Positions 37,340 to 46,431 of a DNA stretch of 64,000 bases are shown one piece after another (position 1 is the first letter of the stretch; every line of letters begins with the position of its first letter). This DNA comes from Dehalococcoidia bacterium (GTDB taxonomy: Bacteria; Chloroflexota; Dehalococcoidia; Plut-88900): assembly GCA_963668115.1 (NCBI GenBank), contig OY764147.1, positions 1,928,345-1,992,344 of the forward strand. Direction: 5' to 3'. The notes beneath the pieces were generated by a model, which was not told where the DNA came from, searched no databases, and was given only the letters and a program-made list of their open reading frames with translations. Position numbers and translations under genes: made by a program.

Positions 37340-38593
37340 CTAGATGATGCCTGCCTCCCGGAACCTCTCCACCTCTGCCCAGTCGTACCCGCACTCCTCG
37401 GTCAACACTTCCTCGGTGTGCTGTCCGAACTCGGGGGCCGGATTTCCGACCATAGCCGGAGTCCTGGAAAACTTGACGGGCAGGCCCGTAGTCCTGGTAG
37501 GGCCCATAGTCGGATGCTGTGTGGGAACCACGTACTCGTTTGCGAGCACCTGCGGGTCTGTGGCCGATTCAGCCACCGTATTCACGGAGGTGTATACGAA
37601 CCGCACCTTCCTCCGGGTAAAGAGGTCGGCCCATGATTGTCGGGCCCTGGAGCCGAATGTTGCGATCAGGATATCCCTGAGCTCTGCCGCGTACTGCAGC
37701 CTGCCGGACAGCGTGTTGAATCGCGGATCGCTTACAAACTCATCCAGCCCCATTACGGAGCAAAACTCTTCCCATATCCTCTCCGAATGGGGCTCGTTGA
37801 GCATGAGCCATTTTCCGTCCGCGCACTTGTACCAGTTGACGAAAGGGTCCAGCGAGCCACGGGGAGATGTTCCGAAGGTCGAGTCGTTCTTCCATAGGAA
37901 CATGTGGAAGTTGTCATGCTGGAAGTGCACCGAGCTCCCTAGCATCGAGGCCTCCACCGCCTGCCCCACCCCATGTCTCTCCCTTGCTATCAGGGCTGCC
38001 ATGATGCCATAGACCAGCATCGTGGCGCCCAGCTGGTCAAAGGTCCCGCCCCCGATGATTATTGGGTCCCCGCCCTCGGCGTTGCCCATTCGGTAGGCGA
38101 ATCCGGTATGGGCCTGTATCGAAGAGTCGTAGCCGTGCTTGTTGGCTAACGGCCCTCGGGTCCCGTAGGCGGTGTTAATAGCCCAGATGAGCCTGGGATT
38201 GATGGCGGACAGGGTCTCGTAGTCGACCCCCAGCCGTTCCACCACATCCGTGGTGTAGTTGGTGAAGAAGACATCGGCCTTGGAGACGAGTCTTCGGAGG
38301 ACTTCCTTGCCCTGCTCGCTCTTGAGGTCAAGGGTGATGGCCCGTTTGCCCCGGTTGACCATCTCGAACCACAGGGCCCGACCGCCGGGCAGTTCCAGGC
38401 TGTGGCCGAAGGCCTGGGTGACGCCCCGGCACGGGTCCCCGACCACCGGCTGCTCTATCTTGATTACGTCGGCGCCCAGGTCTCCGAGCATGTAACCTGC
38501 CGCGCCGCCGTTGTGCCAGACGGCCAGCTCAATGACCCGTATCCCCTTCAAGGGCCCCGAGGTACATCCCGCTTCTCCGTTTGCCGAGTCCAT
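37340..38593 (-). CDS. CoA-transferase family III (CaiB/BaiF-like)
   Basis: Start at ATG 38593; GPLKGIRVIELAVWHNGGAAGYMLGDLGADVIKIE N-terminal signature; followed 12 bp later by the MFS gene (operon). Confidence 0.85.
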   Translation of the reverse strand: MDSANGEAGCTSGPLKGIRVIELAVWHNGGAAGYMLGDLGADVIKIEQPVVGDPCRGVTQAFGHSLELPGGRALWFEMVNRGKRAITLDLKSEQGKEVLRRLVSKADVFFTNYTTDVVERLGVDYETLSAINPRLIWAINTAYGTRGPLANKHGYDSSIQAHTGFAYRMGNAEGGDPIIIGGGTFDQLGATMLVYGIMAALIARERHGVGQAVEASMLGSSVHFQHDNFHMFLWKNDSTFGTSPRGSLDPFVNWYKCADGKWLMLNEPHSERIWEEFCSVMGLDEFVSDPRFNTLSGRLQYAAELRDILIATFGSRARQSWADLFTRRKVRFVYTSVNTVAESATDPQVLANEYVVPTQHPTMGPTRTTGLPVKFSRTPAMVGNPAPEFGQHTEEVLTEECGYDWAEVERFREAGII

Positions 38594-38998
38594 GTTGCGC
38601 CCCTTCCCCGGCTCGAAAAATTTTGCCCGACATGATAGACCCGCACCACCCATTCAGCAATACAAATCGGCTTGTGCAAACCCGGTATTGCGCGATTCAC
38701 CACAATGGCCTTATATTGGAAGTACATCAAGAAAGGAGGTGATCAATTGGAAACAGATGATAAACGGACTGGTGAGGTGTCTGTAACGTAAACGGTTTTG
38801 ACACGTAGTCGTGCCCATTGGGTTCCGTTTACGGAATCCGCGCAGGCACCGGGCCCCGAAGCTCCCGGGTAGTCCACCGGGGCGGCCGCAAGGCTGAAGC
38901 GCTTCGGGGCTTTTCCTTTGCCCGTCTTAACTCCAAAACAATCTATCGCCGCACTGCCTAGGGGTCACTACAGGAAGACTCTTAAACATCAGTAAGGC

Positions 38999-40072
38999 CT
39001 AGCAATCAGCCAATGGGAGTTCGGAGAGGTCATTGCTGCGGGCATAATGTAGGAGTCGGGGTATACAGCCGGCAAGACGATTTCCTCCAGCGATATACAG
39101 AGAATTAAGCTCAGACAACTTGCCCAATTCCGGCGGTATCTCTCCGCTCAACTTGTTGTAGTTGAGCCATAATGTTTCCAACTTGGAAAGGTTTCCCAAT
39201 TCCGGCGGTATCTCTCCCGTTAGCTCATTCTCACGGAGATTCAACTCTTCTAGGTTGGAGAGTTCACTCAGTTCGGGCGGTATCTCCCCGCTTAAGTTAT
39301 TATCCCAGAGGCTCAGGCGCTCCAAGCTGAAAAGCTTGCCTAATTCCGGGGGTATCTCCCCGCTTAAGTTATTATCCCAGAGGCTCAGGCGCTCCAAGCT
39401 GAAAAGCTTGCCTAATTCCGGGGGTATCTCCCCGCTTAACCCTTCGAAACCGAGATCCAGTGCCACAACCCGGTCATTCACGGCGGTTACGCCGTCCCAT
39501 TCGCCAATGGGTTTATCGCTTAGCCAGTTTTCGTTACTGTCCCAACTCGGGCCATTCGTAGCGTTGTACAAGGTAATCAAAACTTCCCTATCAGATTCGG
39601 GAGTATGCCAGCAAGGTGGCAGCTCAAGGGATTCTCCCCATTCGGATAACTGATCTTTGTGTAACTCGTCCCATTCAGATGGTATCTCTCCACACAATTC
39701 GTTAAAGCTGAGAGACAGTGATTCCAAGTTGGCAAGTTTGCCTAGTTCCGACGGTATTCGCCCGCTCAACTCATTGTCATCAAGCCACAAAACTTTTAGG
39801 TTGGAGAGTCTACCTAGTTCCGGTGGTATTTCCCCACTCAACTCGTTCCAACTGAGATTCAATACCACAACACGGCCGTTTTCAGTGATGACACCATCCC
39901 ATTCGCCAATGGGCTTATCGCTCAGCCAATTGTCATTATGCCTCCAATCCGGGCCATTTGTAGCGTTATACAAGGTGACCAAAACTTCCCTGTCCGACTC
40001 AGGAGTATCCCCGCAGGCTGACAAAATAATGGACGTTACGCAAATTATCGCCAGTAAGACAACGATCAACAT
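38999..40072 (-). CDS. Leucine-rich-repeat lipoprotein (plant-type LRR units L..LSGEIPPELG), internally duplicated two-domain architecture
   Basis: Signal peptide plus lipobox (ILSAC); two TPESDREVL(V/I)TLYNATNGP...W domain starts; about ten 24-aa LRR units; low-GC region. Confidence 0.8.
   Translation of the reverse strand: MLIVVLLAIICVTSIILSACGDTPESDREVLVTLYNATNGPDWRHNDNWLSDKPIGEWDGVITENGRVVVLNLSWNELSGEIPPELGRLSNLKVLWLDDNELSGRIPSELGKLANLESLSLSFNELCGEIPSEWDELHKDQLSEWGESLELPPCWHTPESDREVLITLYNATNGPSWDSNENWLSDKPIGEWDGVTAVNDRVVALDLGFEGLSGEIPPELGKLFSLERLSLWDNNLSGEIPPELGKLFSLERLSLWDNNLSGEIPPELSELSNLEELNLRENELTGEIPPELGNLSKLETLWLNYNKLSGEIPPELGKLSELNSLYIAGGNRLAGCIPRLLHYARSNDLSELPLADC
39291..39434. 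repeat. Perfect 72-bp x2 tandem repeat inside the LRR gene (two identical 24-aa LRR units)
   Basis: The 72-bp unit tctccccgcttaagttattatcccagaggctcaggcgctccaagctgaaaagcttgcctaattccgggggta occurs twice consecutively. Confidence 0.85.
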
Positions 40073-40661
40073 TTGACTTCTGCCGATTAAAGGAATGATG
40101 GCGTCACCTCAATGAATAGGTCGACACAAAACTTAAACCGGAATCTGTTCGCATGTCAATTTTTACCGTCACTTGAACTTGAATTTTATGAGTGCCTTCA
40201 AATTTATTCGAGGTCAAACACTGACTTGGCCGACTTGACAGCCTCCATATACAATGATAGCATATATATGCTAGTTATAATGTACTAGAAAAGGAGGTGC
40301 ACCTATGAATCCCTGACGTAGTGCGCATCTGGATTCGACCCCGGATGCCGTATCGTGCCCATGGTTCGCAGATATTAGCGTTAGGAGAAGTTAATGAGCA
40401 ATTGGCAACATAGCCGTGAAGGACCGAAGGAAGAACTATCCAGTGGAGGCATAAGTCATGAGCCGACTTAAGCAGTTGCATCTCAAATGCACACAAAATG
40501 ACAATACTGTGACTGTCGAGGTGCATCTCGCAGACTCTTCAGAATCAGATCAAGAAAATCTAGGTAAATATGGGCATATCATGTCCCTTATTCAACATCT
40601 TCGTAGATTTATTACTGTATTCCTAATTTTGATAGCGTAATTGTTTGATTTAAAATAGAGT

Positions 40662-40700
40662 CGTTTTAAGGGGGAGACGCTGCCAAGCAGCGTCTCCCCC
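40662..40700 (-). terminator. Strong hairpin (13-bp stem gggggagacgctg/cagcgtctccccc, loop ccaa) about 60 bp downstream of the btpA-like stop
   Basis: Perfect stem seen directly; on the minus strand it is followed by TTAAAACGACTCTATTTTAAAT. Confidence 0.5.
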
Positions 40701-40755
40701 ATTTCCATAAGGAGATTGTGGGCCATGAAATGAGCCTAGAATAAGACGAGACTTC

Positions 40756-41556
40756 CTACCCTCGCCCCGCCGAAACGAGCCTCGCCACCCTCTCCACATC
40801 GGCCGGATTGGATACCACGCTACCCCTCTTCAGGCTCGTTCCCACGATCACCCCGTCCGCCCATTCCAGGTAGTCCCCGATGTTTGCCTCGGTGACTCCG
40901 CTCCCGACCAGCACCGGCGTCCCTTCAGGTACAACTTCCTTCACTGCTTTAACGTCGGCGATGTCTGCTTCCTCTCCGGTGAAGGCCCCCGTCACGATTA
41001 ACGCGTCCGCCAATCCACGATATATCGCCGCCTTGGCAGCGTCCCGGATGTCCTGCTCTCCGAGGGGCACGGCGTGCTTGACCAGGACATCGGCGAGGAG
41101 TTTCACGGGAGCCGCCAGAGCAGATCTCCTTCTGACCGTATCCTCGGCCCGGCCCTCGATGATCCCCTGGTCGGTGACCATTACGCCGGTGTGAACGTTG
41201 ACCCTTATGAACTCGCCGCCCGTGGCGTAGGCAAGGCCGAGGGCGGCTACGGGGTCGTTGCGCAGGACGTTCACGCCAAAGGGGACTTCGACGTTGTTGG
41301 CCACGCTCTCTATGACCACCGCCATAGCGGCGACGGTCTCGGGTGGGACGGGCCCGCGCAGAAAGGGCACGTCGCCGAAGTTTTCGAATATCACGGCGTC
41401 GACGCCGCCGCGGGCGAGGGCCTCGGTGTCCCGCAGCGCGTGCTCCACGACGGAGTCGAGGTCTCCCTTCCAGCCGGGACTCCCGGGCAGCGGCAGCAGG
41501 TGTACGACCCCTATGATCTCTTTAGCGCCATCGCGGCTCTTGCTCAATACAGGCAT
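40756..41556 (-). CDS. BtpA/SgcQ-family TIM-barrel protein
   Basis: Start at ATG 41556 (GGAG RBS); GVVHLLPLPGSPG N-terminus characteristic of the BtpA family. Confidence 0.7.
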   Translation of the reverse strand: MPVLSKSRDGAKEIIGVVHLLPLPGSPGWKGDLDSVVEHALRDTEALARGGVDAVIFENFGDVPFLRGPVPPETVAAMAVVIESVANNVEVPFGVNVLRNDPVAALGLAYATGGEFIRVNVHTGVMVTDQGIIEGRAEDTVRRRSALAAPVKLLADVLVKHAVPLGEQDIRDAAKAAIYRGLADALIVTGAFTGEEADIADVKAVKEVVPEGTPVLVGSGVTEANIGDYLEWADGVIVGTSLKRGSVVSNPADVERVARLVSAGRG

Positions 41557-41695
41557 AGATTCTCCGGGCCTAGGGTATCCCGACCCGTGCAAAAAAGGAA
41601 CCTACACACCGACCTTTTGTTGCCCGACCCCACGTCTGGTAGAATCACACCCATAAACGGTCCCTTGATAGACCGTCAGCGAGGGGTGAGGCGCT

Positions 41696-42982
41696 ATGGT
41701 AGTCACGACCAAGAGGGAAATCGAAACTCTTACAACCCAAAGACCGGATGTCCAGGACGAGGCCTACGGAGCGACGCAGATCGGCCCGTTCGACTACGTG
41801 CCGAAGGTCGGGTTCCGGGAGTACTGGTACCCGTGCGTCTGGTCGAAGGAGGTAGGGCGGAAGCCGAAGAACATCAAGATGCTCGGGGAGGAGCTGGTGC
41901 TGTTCCGGGGCAAGAAGGGCAATGTTGTCGCGCTGAACGAGTGGTGCCCGCACCGCGGGGCTCGGCTCTCCCGGGGCTTCTGCGAGTTTGAGGGCACCGT
42001 GACCTGCCCTTACCACGGGTACACGTTTGACGAGTCGGGCAACTGCGTGGCCGGCCTCATCGAGAGTACGGACTCCCCGCTGGTAGGCAAGATGCGCACC
42101 CGCTCCTATCCCACCGCCGAGTGGAACGGCATCGTCCTCGTCTGGATGGGGGAGACCGACCCCGTTCCCTTCGAAGAAGACCTCCCCTACGAGTTCTCCG
42201 ATGCCACGCTCACGGGCCGCAAGTACACGCGGGTCAAGATGTGGGAGACCAACTGGACCGAGCCCATGAACCAGGGCATCGATTACCATGAGTTCTACCT
42301 GCACCGGGGGCTTAACTTCTGGCGTTTCGTGGACTGGCGTTTCCCCTTCTGGCGGCCGAAGTCGGTCTCTACGGGGGGCACCGAGATAGTCTCCGAAGGA
42401 GATGACAACATCTGGGTCAAAACGGCGCAGGCCAAATTTGGTCATGCGGAGTATCCGGGCCTGGGCAAGTGGCCCCGCAAGACATGGTGGCGCAAGCTTC
42501 CCGCTCCCAAGACCCCCAACGCAGGCATGATCGCCACCGCCACCGGCGAAAAGGCCTGGGCCACCTACAACCACAACCTGCAACTTCCCACGAAGATTAG
42601 GGTCTGCATCGGGAGCCTGGTGCACCTGCGCTGGGGCGTACCCGTCGACGAGGAGAACACCCGGGTCTGGACGTTCACCATCTGCAAGACGCCGAAGACC
42701 ATCTTCGGCAAACTGTGGATGGACGTCTGGTACTACTTCTGGAACAAGCCCGCCCGGGTCATTGCCATCAACGAAAAAGAAGACCTGATAGTCTTCAAGA
42801 ACGAGCACATCAACCTGGAGCGGCCGCAGAAGCTCGGGCTCTTGGACAGGGGCCTGATCCTCTTCCGGCGTAACTTAGCGAAGAGATCTCGGGACTTCCA
42901 GCGTCTCGGCGGCGCTCAGGGCTGCCTAAAGCAGGAGCCCGACCCCTCAATGGTCCGGCAGTGGGCGCGTAATCACCGGTAG
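41696..42982 (+). CDS. Rieske [2Fe-2S] non-heme iron oxygenase alpha-subunit-like protein
   Basis: CPHRGARLS...CPYHGY Rieske motif; 428 aa; RBS gaggggtgagg. Confidence 0.8.
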   Translation: MVVTTKREIETLTTQRPDVQDEAYGATQIGPFDYVPKVGFREYWYPCVWSKEVGRKPKNIKMLGEELVLFRGKKGNVVALNEWCPHRGARLSRGFCEFEGTVTCPYHGYTFDESGNCVAGLIESTDSPLVGKMRTRSYPTAEWNGIVLVWMGETDPVPFEEDLPYEFSDATLTGRKYTRVKMWETNWTEPMNQGIDYHEFYLHRGLNFWRFVDWRFPFWRPKSVSTGGTEIVSEGDDNIWVKTAQAKFGHAEYPGLGKWPRKTWWRKLPAPKTPNAGMIATATGEKAWATYNHNLQLPTKIRVCIGSLVHLRWGVPVDEENTRVWTFTICKTPKTIFGKLWMDVWYYFWNKPARVIAINEKEDLIVFKNEHINLERPQKLGLLDRGLILFRRNLAKRSRDFQRLGGAQGCLKQEPDPSMVRQWARNHR

Positions 42983-43062
42983 GCTGCGCCACTGCCCCGG
43001 CGACTTGCTCAATGAACCTACCTTGATCACTTCGACCAAGGTTCCGATTAACGGTTGATAGC

Positions 43063-43090
43063 GTACCACTTAAAGTGGTACGCTACTCGC
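43063..43090. promoter_or_regulatory. Perfect 12-bp-arm palindrome agcgtaccactt-aa-agtggtacgct immediately upstream of the second higB start (putative operator)
   Basis: Inverted repeat read directly; lies between a TTGATA hexamer and the GTG at 43094. Confidence 0.45.
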
Positions 43091-43093
43091 GTC

Positions 43094-43390
43094 GTGAAAG
43101 TCACCTTCGCCAACAATAAGCTTGAGCGTTGCTTTCACAACCATACTGAAGCTGTCCGTGAATGGGGCCCTAGGGTCGGCCTTAGGTATGTGAGCAGGAT
43201 CGAAGTATTGATTGTAGCCGACAGCTTGCAGGTTCTCAGGAAGTCGAAGGCTCTCGGACTCCACAGGCTAAAGGGAAACATGCGTGGGCTATGGGCCATG
43301 ACAGTACAGGGGCGATGGCGGTTGATTATCGAACCGATCAATGACCATTCCATAATCGTAAGGGATGTGAGTGCACACTATGGCGACTGA
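43094..43390 (+). CDS. higB: HigB-like RelE/ParE-family toxin (second copy, divergent)
   Basis: VKVTFANNKLERCF N-terminus and LHRLKGNMRGLWAMTVQGRWRLIIE core resemble HigB; GTG start chosen downstream of the palindrome; stop overlaps the higA start. Confidence 0.6.
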   Translation: MKVTFANNKLERCFHNHTEAVREWGPRVGLRYVSRIEVLIVADSLQVLRKSKALGLHRLKGNMRGLWAMTVQGRWRLIIEPINDHSIIVRDVSAHYGD

Positions 43391-43733
43391 CGTTAAAGCA
43401 ACAGCCTCCAAGTCACTGGAAACGACTGAGAATAGGCCAACAATTGCGATTCCTCCGGGCTTGATGATCAGGGATGAGCTTGAAGCCCGGAGAATGAGCC
43501 AACGACGATTGGCATCCGAGATGAAGCGACCCCTTCATGTCATCAACGAAATCGTGCTGGGGAAAAGGGCTCTCACACCAAGGACCGCTCTGGAACTTGA
43601 GAAGGTACTGGAGATACCTGCCCACGTTTGGATCGGGCTTGAAGGCCGATATCGGCTGGCGCTCGAGCTTGGATGTCCTCTTGCTTCAATCGATGAGATT
43701 GGCCCACTTACCGACGACTCCTCTATAGATTAG
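43380..43733 (+). CDS. higA: HigA-like HTH (XRE) antitoxin
   Basis: LMIRDELEARRMSQRRLASEMKRPLHVINEIVLGKRALTPRTALELEKVL HTH; ATG 43380 overlaps the toxin stop by 11 bp. Confidence 0.7.
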   Translation: MATDVKATASKSLETTENRPTIAIPPGLMIRDELEARRMSQRRLASEMKRPLHVINEIVLGKRALTPRTALELEKVLEIPAHVWIGLEGRYRLALELGCPLASIDEIGPLTDDSSID

Positions 43734-43848
43734 CCCACACCACCGAGACCCAACCCCGGGAATGTGTATTGAATTCCCGGAGTTCTTTTTCTCCCTCAGT
43801 GCATAGGGCCGCATCCCCGTCTAAAAGGGTGCTAGGATTGCGCCCGCC

Positions 43849-45081
43849 ATGCTACGTGCGCTCGGTGGAGTATCCCGGATAGGAAGCAGCCCCGCTTACG
43901 GATGGATCGTCATCCTCACCTGGATGCTGGTCCACATGTGGGGTTTCCTGGTCATGGAGACCCTGGGACTCTTTCTTCCCAGCATGAGGGACGAGCTGGC
44001 CCTCACCCCGGTGCGTGAAGGGCTCCTCGGAGCGGCGCCCCAACTCACCATCCTCGTTCTGTCGGTCCCCTTCGGCCTCTACCTGTCCCGCTTCTCCCCA
44101 AGGCTTCTCACCCTCGTATCCATTGTTGGGGCCATAGCCGTGATCTTCTTCCAGGCGTGGGCCCCCGTCTACGCCCTCGTCCTGATCGCCCGGTTCCTCT
44201 ATGGCCTGACCATAGTCGCTCGGGAGCCGGCCCAGACCCTGCTCATCAGGATGTGGATATCGCCCCGACGGATTCTCATCGCCAACGCCTCCGTCGAACT
44301 CCTATGGGGCGTGGGCTCGGCCTTCTTCATCGTCGTCCCCCTGGTCCTGGAGGCCCTCGACGGTGACTGGCGAAGGACCATGCAGGTCTTCGGGTACGCA
44401 ACCATCGGATTCGCCCTCCTTTGGCTGCTGCTCGGGAGGGAAAGACCGATGCCCGCCACCGAGAAAGAAGCCGAGGCCCGGGGCCCCGTTTCCGTTCGAA
44501 GCGCTCTTCGCTACCCTGAACTCTGGCTTCTGGCCATCGGCGTCTTGGGTATCGAGCTCACCTTTTCCTCTTTTGGCACTTTCTGGCCCAGCCTAATGCT
44601 CGACAGATACGACATCCCAGTGAAGACCACCGCTCTGCTGTGGGCTATTGCTGGGATGGTTGCCGGCCCCGCCGCCCTCGGCATCAGCCTGCTGGTGAAC
44701 AGGACCGGCAAGCGCAGGACAGCGCTGCGGATGGGAGGCATATTCGTATCCGCCACTACCATAGCCCTTCTCTACTCCGGGTCATTTCCGGTGCTGGTAG
44801 TCCTTTCGCTCTTGAACGGCCTGAGCGTCACCTTCTTCCCGGTGGTTATGACCATCCCCTTCCAGCTGAAGGGCATACGTACCCGGGAGATCGCCACCGC
44901 AGCGGGCTTTCTCAATGCGGCCATGATGGTGGGTTCTGTGTCGGGGCCCGTGGTGGCGGGACTGCTCCACGAGGCAACGGGAGACCAGAGGCTCGCCCTC
45001 ACCATAACCGGGCTTGCCGGTGTCCTCTTGACCCTCGGCGCCCTGTTCCTATCGGGGGAGTGGGACCGCAACACCGACTAG
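43849..45081 (+). CDS. MFS transporter (tandem paralog 1)
   Basis: 410 aa, multi-TM; near-identical N-terminus to the downstream paralog. Confidence 0.8.
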   Translation: MLRALGGVSRIGSSPAYGWIVILTWMLVHMWGFLVMETLGLFLPSMRDELALTPVREGLLGAAPQLTILVLSVPFGLYLSRFSPRLLTLVSIVGAIAVIFFQAWAPVYALVLIARFLYGLTIVAREPAQTLLIRMWISPRRILIANASVELLWGVGSAFFIVVPLVLEALDGDWRRTMQVFGYATIGFALLWLLLGRERPMPATEKEAEARGPVSVRSALRYPELWLLAIGVLGIELTFSSFGTFWPSLMLDRYDIPVKTTALLWAIAGMVAGPAALGISLLVNRTGKRRTALRMGGIFVSATTIALLYSGSFPVLVVLSLLNGLSVTFFPVVMTIPFQLKGIRTREIATAAGFLNAAMMVGSVSGPVVAGLLHEATGDQRLALTITGLAGVLLTLGALFLSGEWDRNTD

Positions 45082-45164
45082 GCGGTCCTCCACCCTCCAT
45101 CGATTCGTTTCCCGTACTTCCGGACGTTGTCTCCGCTCCTTTTGGTGATAGCATTGCCCGCATC

Positions 45165-46406
45165 ATGGCGCAGGCAGTCCGGCAAGCATCCAACACTGGC
45201 AGCAGCCCCACCTACGGCTGGGTCGTCATCCTCACCTGGATGGCCATCCACATGTGGGGATACCTGGTTATGGAGACCCTTGGTCTCTTCCTGCCCAGCA
45301 TGCGCGAGGAACTCGACCTCACCCCCGTCCGTGAAGGTTTCCTCGGGGCTGCGCCTCAATTCACCGTCCTGCTGCTGTCCATACCCTTCGGCCTGTGGCT
45401 GTCCCGCTTCTCTCCCAAATGGATCACCCTGGCCTCCATTGTCGGCGCCATACTGGTCATCTTCATGCAGGCCTGGGCCCCGGTCTACGCCTTCCTGCTC
45501 CTCGCCAGGGCCCTGTACGGACTATCCATAACCATCAGAGAGCCCGCCCGCACCCTCCTTCTCAGGATGTGGATAAAGCCCCGACAGATCCTCATTGCCA
45601 ACGCCTCCATTGAGCTTCTCTGGGGCATCGGGGCGGCATTCTTCATGCTGGTGCCGGTAATCCTGAAGGCCCTGGACGGAGACTGGCGTAGGACCATGCA
45701 GGTGCTTGGTCTCGTCACCATCGCAATAGCCGTGGTCTGGCTGCTGGTCGGGAGAGAGCGCCCCCTGCCCGACGCCGAAACCGAAAGGGAGAGCAAGGAG
45801 CCGGTATCCATCAGGAGCGCCCTGCGCTACAAGGAGCTGTGGCTCCTGGCCTTCGGCCTGGTCGGTGTGGAGATGACATTCGCTTCCTACCTCACCTTCT
45901 GGCCCAGCCATATGAAAGACACCTATGGCATCGATATCCAGACCTCCGCTCTCATCTGGGCGATAGGAGGGATGGTTGCCGGGCCGTCGGGCTTGGGAAT
46001 CAACCTCATGATCAACAGGACCGGCAGGCGCAGGACAGCCCTGCGGGTGGGCGGCATCCTGATATCCGTGACGACAATTGCCCTGCTCTATTCCGGCTCT
46101 TTCCCCCTGCTGGTCGTCATCTCGCTGCTCCACGGCCTCAGCTTCACCTTTTTCCCCGTGATTTTCACCATTCCCTTCCAGCTAAAGGGTATCCGCACCC
46201 GAGAAATCGCCGTCGCCATGGGCTTCCTGAGGTCGGCCTTGATGGTCGGCGCGATGGCCGGCCCTGTAGTAGCAGGCATCCTCCACGAGCTAACCGATGA
46301 CCGACGCCTCGCCCTCACCATAGTAGGCATGGCCGGTCTAACCCTGAGCATCGGCGCCCTCTTCCTCTCCTCCGAATGGGACCGACGCCCCAGCGAGCAA
46401 GATTGA
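45165..46406 (+). CDS. MFS transporter (tandem paralog 2)
   Basis: Start at ATG 45165 (MAQAVRQASN...), parallel to paralog 1; the 5' extension of the 588-aa ORF overlaps paralog 1 and is discarded. Confidence 0.8.
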   Translation: MAQAVRQASNTGSSPTYGWVVILTWMAIHMWGYLVMETLGLFLPSMREELDLTPVREGFLGAAPQFTVLLLSIPFGLWLSRFSPKWITLASIVGAILVIFMQAWAPVYAFLLLARALYGLSITIREPARTLLLRMWIKPRQILIANASIELLWGIGAAFFMLVPVILKALDGDWRRTMQVLGLVTIAIAVVWLLVGRERPLPDAETERESKEPVSIRSALRYKELWLLAFGLVGVEMTFASYLTFWPSHMKDTYGIDIQTSALIWAIGGMVAGPSGLGINLMINRTGRRRTALRVGGILISVTTIALLYSGSFPLLVVISLLHGLSFTFFPVIFTIPFQLKGIRTREIAVAMGFLRSALMVGAMAGPVVAGILHELTDDRRLALTIVGMAGLTLSIGALFLSSEWDRRPSEQD

Positions 46407-46431
46407 GACTGGGCTTACCTCCCGGCCTCTC

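Noticed and set aside
39291-39434. CRISPR-like appearance of the exact 72-bp tandem repeat
   Set aside because: There are only two copies, no spacers, and it lies entirely within an LRR coding sequence in which each copy encodes one 24-aa LRR unit.
44640-45164. 5' extension of the 588-aa ORF (second MFS gene), and similarly 31961..32422 (TlpA ORF extension) and 11825..11953 (LLM extension)
   Set aside because: The extensions overlap the preceding or opposite-strand gene and lack the conserved N-termini seen in the paralogs. Internal ATGs with matching N-terminal motifs were chosen instead.
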